DNA of 64,000 bases from an uncultured Ignavibacteriaceae bacterium (GTDB taxonomy: Bacteria; Bacteroidota; Ignavibacteria; UBA10030), in NCBI GenBank assembly GCA_964602055.1, contig CAZRPU010000003.1, forward strand, positions 30,439-94,438, read 5' to 3'. Positions 58,499 to 64,000 of this stretch are shown in pieces (within the stretch, counting starts at the first letter, position 1; each line of letters begins with the position of its first letter). Made by a program: the position numbers and the translations under genes. Below the pieces are notes generated by a model. It was given only the letters and a program-made list of their open reading frames with translations. It ran no database searches and had not been told where the DNA came from.

Positions 58499-60601
58499 TT
58501 AAGCAACGACGGCTTCCTTGCCTTTGACCTTTTCAATGATCTGATCCGAAATCGATTTCGGCGTCTGCTCATAGTGAGAGAATTGCATGGTATAGAGAGC
58601 CCTGCCCTGGGTCATTGATCGGAGCTGCGTCGCGTAGCCGAACATCTCCGCCAGCGGCACCATCGCCTTGACGACCTGTGCATCTTTTCGGGGATTCATT
58701 CCTTCGATCTTTCCCCGCCGCGAATTCAAGTCGCCCATCACATCGCCCAGATATTCCTCAGGCGTTACTACTTCGACACCCATGATAGGCTCAAGAAGCG
58801 CAGGTCCTGCTTTCCGGGCGCCGTCTTTGAACGCCATCGAGCCAGCGATCTTGAACGCCATTTCGGACGAATCGACCGCGTGGAAGGAGCCGTCAAACAA
58901 CTTCACTTTCACGTCTTCGACGGGATAGCCCGCCAAAACACCGTTCTTCATCGCCTCGACGATTCCCTGCTCGGTCGGTTTGATATATTCCCTCGGCACG
59001 ACACCGCCGACAATCGCATTCTCAAATTCGAAGCCTTTTCCCTTCTCGTTCGGTTCCACTTCGATGACGACGTGACCATACTGGCCGCGGCCACCGCTCT
59101 GGCGCACAAACTTTCCTTCCGAGGTAACCTTCTTCGTAATCGTTTCTTTATAAGCAACCTGAGGCTTGCCGACATTCGCTTCGACCTTGAATTCTCTCTT
59201 CATCCGGTCGATGATGATCTCAAGGTGGAGCTCGCCCATCCCGCTGATAATCGTTTGCCCTGTCTCCTCGTTGGAGGAAATTCGGAACGTCGGATCCTCT
59301 TCGGCGAGCCTCTGAAGCGCTTCACCGAGCTTCTCCTGATCGGCCTTTGTTTTCGGCTCGATGGCAACATCGATCACAGGTTCGGGAAAGATCATCTTTT
59401 CAAGAATAATGGGATCTTTCTCATCAGTGAGCGTATCGCCTGTCCTAGTGTTCTTCAGTCCGATCGCAGCGACGATGTCGCCGGCGTAGGCTTCGGAGAT
59501 TTCTTCCCTGTGATTCGCGTGCATCCTCAGGATTCTCGCGATTCGTTCTTTCTTATCGGAACTCACATTGTAGGCGTACGAACCGGCTTTGAGCGTTCCT
59601 GAATAGACGCGAAAGTAGGTCAGGCGGCCCACAAAGGGATCGCTCATGATTTTGAAGGCCAAGGCCGTAAATTTTTCTTCGTCAGAAGCTTTACGGATGA
59701 CGTCGTCGTGCCGGTGAGGATGATGACCATGCACTTCTCCATTATTGATATCAATGGGCGAAGGCAGGAAGTCCACAACGGCATCGAGCAGAAGCTGAAC
59801 GCCCTTGTTCTTGAATGAGGAACCGCACAAAACCGGAACAATGCTGGCTTTTAAACAGGCTCGCCGCAGAACATTTCGGACTTCGGCGGGGGAAATTTCC
59901 TTCCCTTCAAGGTATTTTTCAAGAAGCGAATCATCTTCGTCGGCCACGGCTTCGAGCATTTTTTGCCGGTATTCCGCCGATTTCGCCTTGAGCGATTCCG
60001 GGATGTCAATTTCATCCCATGACATTCCTTGCGAGCCCTCGTGATACATTCGGGCCTTCATGGTGATGAGGTCGATGATACCGACGAACATGTCGCCTTC
60101 TCCCACAGGGAGATGGACGGGAATGGCATTGGCGCCAAGCCTTGCCTTCATCATTTGGACGACGCCGAGAAAATCAGCTCCCGCCCGGTCCATCTTATTC
60201 ACAAAGGCAATGCGGGGAACGCCGTACTTGTCCGCCTGCCGCCAGACTGTTTCGGATTGAGGCTCAACGCCCCCGACCGAACAAAAAAGCGCAACAGCAC
60301 CGTCGAGAACCCGAAGGGAGCGCTCAACTTCGATGGTGAAATCCACATGCCCCGGCGTATCAATAATATTAATGCGGTTGTCATTCCAGAAGCAAGTGGT
60401 TGCAGCACTCGTAATGGTAATGCCGCGCTCTTTTTCCTGCTCCATCCAGTCCATCGTTGCAGCACCGTCATGGACTTCACCCATCCGATGCAATACACCG
60501 GTATAGAACAGAATGCGTTCTGTCGTTGTCGTCTTCCCGGCATCGATATGCGCCATGATGCCGATGTTACGCGTTCGTTCTAATGAAAATTCTCGAGCCA
60601 T
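58499..60601 (-). CDS. fusA: elongation factor G
   Basis: ATG 60601 gives [35 protein letters not shown]..., preceded by GAAGGAAG. Confidence 0.97.
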   Translation of the reverse strand: MAREFSLERTRNIGIMAHIDAGKTTTTERILFYTGVLHRMGEVHDGAATMDWMEQEKERGITITSAATTCFWNDNRINIIDTPGHVDFTIEVERSLRVLDGAVALFCSVGGVEPQSETVWRQADKYGVPRIAFVNKMDRAGADFLGVVQMMKARLGANAIPVHLPVGEGDMFVGIIDLITMKARMYHEGSQGMSWDEIDIPESLKAKSAEYRQKMLEAVADEDDSLLEKYLEGKEISPAEVRNVLRRACLKASIVPVLCGSSFKNKGVQLLLDAVVDFLPSPIDINNGEVHGHHPHRHDDVIRKASDEEKFTALAFKIMSDPFVGRLTYFRVYSGTLKAGSYAYNVSSDKKERIARILRMHANHREEISEAYAGDIVAAIGLKNTRTGDTLTDEKDPIILEKMIFPEPVIDVAIEPKTKADQEKLGEALQRLAEEDPTFRISSNEETGQTIISGMGELHLEIIIDRMKREFKVEANVGKPQVAYKETITKKVTSEGKFVRQSGGRGQYGHVVIEVEPNEKGKGFEFENAIVGGVVPREYIKPTEQGIVEAMKNGVLAGYPVEDVKVKLFDGSFHAVDSSEMAFKIAGSMAFKDGARKAGPALLEPIMGVEVVTPEEYLGDVMGDLNSRRGKIEGMNPRKDAQVVKAMVPLAEMFGYATQLRSMTQGRALYTMQFSHYEQTPKSISDQIIEKVKGKEAVVA

Positions 60602-60681
60602 TGCTTCCTTCACTCTCCGGAATGCAGACTTCTCCCCGGAGGAATCGTCATTTGTGTTTACAACCGCTTGTTAACTGCGTG

Positions 60682-61149
60682 TTACCACTTGAAGTGCGCG
60701 AAAGCCTTGTTGGCCTCCGCCATCCGGTGAACATCTTCCTTCTTCTTGATCGCTCCTCCTTCACCGGCCGCCGCAGCAATGAACTCTGCTGCCAGCTTGT
60801 GCGACATGGACTTATCCGAGCGTTCCTGGGCGTTGAGAATCAACCAGCGGATAGCAAGAGCGGTTCGCCGCTCGGGGCGAACTTCTGTGGGTACTTGATA
60901 GGTAGCACCACCAACCCTGCGTGCTCTAACCTCCAACATCGGAGAAGCGTTGTTCACGGCTTTCCGAAAGACATCGATTGGCTTATTCTTTGTCCGATCT
61001 TCGATCATGGTAAACGCCGAATAGAGAATTCGGCGCGCAACATGCTTCTTCCCCTCTTTCAGAAGAGAATTAATGAACCGCGCAACCAGCACATCCTGGA
61101 ATTTCGGATCGGGTCCGAGGTGTCGTTTTGTCGCTCTTTTCTTTCTCAT
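60682..61149 (-). CDS. rpsG: 30S ribosomal protein S7
   Basis: ...PDPKFQDVLVARFINSLLKEGKK..A.RI...A...... Confidence 0.96.
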   Translation of the reverse strand: MRKKRATKRHLGPDPKFQDVLVARFINSLLKEGKKHVARRILYSAFTMIEDRTKNKPIDVFRKAVNNASPMLEVRARRVGGATYQVPTEVRPERRTALAIRWLILNAQERSDKSMSHKLAAEFIAAAAGEGGAIKKKEDVHRMAEANKAFAHFKW

Positions 61150-61152
61150 AGC

Positions 61153-61533
61153 TTACTGCGCAAGCTTAGGCTTTTTTGCTCCATATTTAGACCTGCCCTG
61201 TTTTCGATCCTGCACACCCTGCGTATCGAGGGTCCCGCGGATAATATGATAACGGACGCCCGGCAGATCTTTCACCCTGCCGCCCCGGATCATCACCAAC
61301 GAATGCTCCTGCAGGTTGTGCCCTTCGCCCGGAATATAGGCGATCACTTCCTGCTGATTCGTGAGGCGGACTTTTGCTACCTTCCGCAACGCGGAATTCG
61401 GCTTCTTCGGGGTCGTTGTATAGACTCGTGTGCAGACGCCTCGTTTTTGTGGGCAAGATTGAAGAGCGGGAGATTTGCTCTTCCATGTTACCCGTTCGCG
61501 GCTGTTCCGGACTAGCTGATTAATTGTGGGCAA
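61153..61533 (-). CDS. rpsL: 30S ribosomal protein S12
   Basis: [13 protein letters not shown]...[31 protein letters not shown]...; TTG start at 61533. Confidence 0.97.
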   Translation of the reverse strand: MPTINQLVRNSRERVTWKSKSPALQSCPQKRGVCTRVYTTTPKKPNSALRKVAKVRLTNQQEVIAYIPGEGHNLQEHSLVMIRGGRVKDLPGVRYHIIRGTLDTQGVQDRKQGRSKYGAKKPKLAQ

Positions 61534-61588
61534 TCGGTAAAACTCCCTTTCAACATTCCAAAATCTCGTGGGGTTAAAAAAGCTTATT

Positions 61589-61617
61589 AATGTACGTTAT
61601 TTCCCGCTCATTGTCAA
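61589..61617 (-). promoter_or_regulatory. candidate str-operon promoter (TTGACA-17 nt-TACATT)
   Basis: Minus-strand read TTGACA ATGAGCGGGAAATAACG TACATT in the rpoC-rpsL spacer. Confidence 0.5.
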
Positions 61618-61630
61618 TGATAGCAGTTCA

Positions 61631-64000
61631 TTACGACGCTGCCACTCGGGATTTTCGCTTCTTTTTCTTGGGCTCCTCGTCTGATCCTTCACCCTCTCCC
61701 GTGCTCTCTTCTGCCACCACCTCTTCCACAACTTCGTCCGGCTCTTTCGTGGTAACGAGGATGTCCCGAAACAGCTTTTGACCTGTCCCGGCCGGGATGA
61801 GACTTCCCATGATCACGTTCTCTTTGAGGCCCATAAAATGGTCGATCTTTGCCTCGATAGCGGCATCGGTCAATACCTTCGTTGTTTCCTGGAAGGAAGC
61901 CGCTGAGAAGAAGCTCTCCGTCGAGAGTGAGGCCTGCGTGATACCGAGAAGAATAGGCTCAGAGACCGCCGGAAGCGTGTCGCGTACTTCAGCCACCTTC
62001 TTCGATTTCTTCTTCAGGTCGGCATTGGTTTCCCGAGCCAGTTTTTTGGCGACGACCTGGCCGTTTTTGTACTTCGAATCACCTTTGCTGACCACCACCA
62101 CTTTGCCGCGGAGTGAGTCGTTTTCGTCGTAGATTCTCCCTTTGTCCACGTTGTCCCCTTCAAGATACTTCGTGTCGCCGGGATCGGCGATTCGCTCTTT
62201 TTGCATCATCTGGCTGACAATGATCTCGATATGTTTGTCGTTGATCTTGACTCCCTGCATCCGGTACACTTCCTGGATCTCGTTCACGAGATACTCCTGG
62301 ACTGCCGTGGTGCCCTGGATGCGCAGAATATCGTGCGGATCAATCGCTCCCGCCGAAAGCCTTTCTCCGGCCCGCACAACATCGTTTTCCTGGACAAGAA
62401 TATGCTTGCCGAGGGGAATCAGGTACGTTCGACGGTCTTTTCCATCATGGCTCTCCACAAACACTTCCCTCGAGCCACGTTTCGGCTGACCGATCTTGAC
62501 CACGCCGTCGATTTCGGTCACAACGGCCGGATCGCTGGGATGCCGTGCTTCAAAAAGCTCCGTCACCCGAGGCAAGCCGCCTGTGATGTCGCGCGTCTTT
62601 CCGATATCGCGTGCAATCTTCACCAGGACCGCTCCGGCCTTGACCTCTTCTTCATTGTCCACGATCAGGTGTGCCCTCGTGGGGATGGGGTAGTTGGCTA
62701 CCTTTTGCCCCTTGGCGTTGACAATGGTCAGGGCGGGAATAAGATTGCGATCCTTACTGTCGATGACCACCTTCTGAATATGCCCGGTCTGTTCGTCGGG
62801 TTCTTCGCGATAAGTCACGCTCTCCTTGAGATCCAGGTATTTCACAGTTCCGCCATGTTCCGAAATGATGACGGCATTGTACGGATCCCATTCGTAGATC
62901 AGCTCTCCCCGCGTTGTTTGCTGACCATCGCGTACCATAAGGGTGGCGCCATACGGAACATCGTACTTCGTGAGAACACGGTTGTCTTTGTCGAGGATGT
63001 TGATAATGCCGCTTCGTCCGGATACCACGGGATGTTTTTCCTCGTCGGATCCGTATTCGATGAACTTCACACCCTCATATTTCACCCGCCCGTCGAACTT
63101 TGACAGGATCTGCGACTGCGAAGCAATAAGACTCGCTGTTCCTCCCGTGTGGAATGTCCGGAGGGTCAACTGTGTGCCGGGTTCGCCGATGGATTGTGCC
63201 GCTATCACTCCGACAGCTGTGCCGGATTCGACAAGCTTTCCGGTGGTGAGGTCACGACCGTAGCATTTCGCACAGACGCCGCGGCGCGCTTCACAGGTCA
63301 GCACAGAACGGATTTCGACTGTCTCGATGGATGTTTCTGAGATCTTCTGCGCCTTGTCTTCGTCAATGGTTTCTCCCGCCTTGACGATCGTCTCGCCGCT
63401 GAGAGGATCCGTGACGTCATGGACGGACACCCTTCCCAGGATTCTCTCTGAGAGCGGTTCCTTGACGTCCTCTCCCTCTTTCAGGGCTCCGGTGGGGACA
63501 CCGAGAATGGTGCCGCAGTCATCATCGGAAATGATGGCATCCTGGGCAACATCGATCAGGCGGCGCGTCAGATATCCGGCGTCGGCCGTTTTCAACGCAG
63601 TATCGGCAAGCCCTTTTCGGGCACCGTGCGTGGAAATGAAGTATTCCAGAATCGACAGGCCTTCGCGGAAATTTGCCGTGATAGGATTTTCAATCAATTC
63701 GCCGGTTGCACCCGAGAGAGACTTCTGGGGCTTGGCCATCAGACCGCGCATTCCGGCCAGCTGCCGGACCTGCTCTTTGGATCCGCGGGCTCCGGAATCG
63801 ACCATCATATAAAGAGAATTAAATCCCACCTTCGAATGCGAGAGCTCGTCGAACAACCGCTCCGCAATCCGGTTGGTGGCCCGTGTCCAGATATCAATCA
63901 CCTTATTGTATCTCTCGCCGTTGGTAATGAATCCGCGGTAGTACTGGTTCTCGACCGATTCGACGTCCTTCTGCGCTTTCGTGACGATCTCGTACTTCTC
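61631..64000 (-). CDS. rpoC: DNA-directed RNA polymerase subunit beta-prime, C-terminal ~790 aa (gene continues beyond the right edge)
   Basis: ...[23 protein letters not shown]...[30 protein letters not shown].... The frame stays open upstream of the ORF-track Met at 63901 through to 64000. Confidence 0.95.
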   Translation of the reverse strand, partial: EKYEIVTKAQKDVESVENQYYRGFITNGERYNKVIDIWTRATNRIAERLFDELSHSKVGFNSLYMMVDSGARGSKEQVRQLAGMRGLMAKPQKSLSGATGELIENPITANFREGLSILEYFISTHGARKGLADTALKTADAGYLTRRLIDVAQDAIISDDDCGTILGVPTGALKEGEDVKEPLSERILGRVSVHDVTDPLSGETIVKAGETIDEDKAQKISETSIETVEIRSVLTCEARRGVCAKCYGRDLTTGKLVESGTAVGVIAAQSIGEPGTQLTLRTFHTGGTASLIASQSQILSKFDGRVKYEGVKFIEYGSDEEKHPVVSGRSGIINILDKDNRVLTKYDVPYGATLMVRDGQQTTRGELIYEWDPYNAVIISEHGGTVKYLDLKESVTYREEPDEQTGHIQKVVIDSKDRNLIPALTIVNAKGQKVANYPIPTRAHLIVDNEEEVKAGAVLVKIARDIGKTRDITGGLPRVTELFEARHPSDPAVVTEIDGVVKIGQPKRGSREVFVESHDGKDRRTYLIPLGKHILVQENDVVRAGERLSAGAIDPHDILRIQGTTAVQEYLVNEIQEVYRMQGVKINDKHIEIIVSQMMQKERIADPGDTKYLEGDNVDKGRIYDENDSLRGKVVVVSKGDSKYKNGQVVAKKLARETNADLKKKSKKVAEVRDTLPAVSEPILLGITQASLSTESFFSAASFQETTKVLTDAAIEAKIDHFMGLKENVIMGSLIPAGTGQKLFRDILVTTKEPDEVVEEVVAEESTGEGEGSDEEPKKKKRKSRVAAS

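Overview
All genes I can support in this 64-kb window lie on the minus strand: about 65 CDS and one tRNA. I found no mobile elements, CRISPR arrays or rRNA. The right half (42.1-64 kb) is the classical translation superoperon, running rpoC (partial) - rpsL-rpsG-fusA-tuf - S10 operon - spc operon - secY-map-infA-rpmJ - alpha operon (rpsM-rpsK-rpsD-rpoA-rplQ) - engB. It is followed by serA plus a class-V aminotransferase. The left half is metabolic and envelope-related. It holds alr plus a DUF1343/NamZ-like gene, atpDC, tRNA-Thr(CGU), a membrane PP2C phosphatase, aspartase plus class-I fumarase, and a 5-gene operon headed by a receiver/PPDK_N ATP-grasp protein followed by secreted hydrolases. 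It also holds two different glutamate dehydrogenases in tandem, a cobalamin-riboswitch-controlled btuB-like receptor with a small 6-7-TM protein, ggt and ssb. The least ordinary region is 25.5-38.5 kb. There a TonB-dependent receptor, a ~1250-aa protein with a T9SS-type C-terminal sorting domain and a PorV-family barrel form one promoter-to-terminator unit. That unit is followed by a degenerate LmbE-like protein, a GWxTD protein and an NHL-repeat protein. Several sigma70-type promoters (TTGACA-17-TAnnnT), strong Shine-Dalgarno sites and intrinsic terminators can be read directly, and I used them to correct many over-long ORF-track starts. T9SS-type genes combined with SD and sigma70 signals suggest a non-Bacteroidia member of the FCB group, but this is inference. 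All homology statements come from motif recognition by eye, not from searches.
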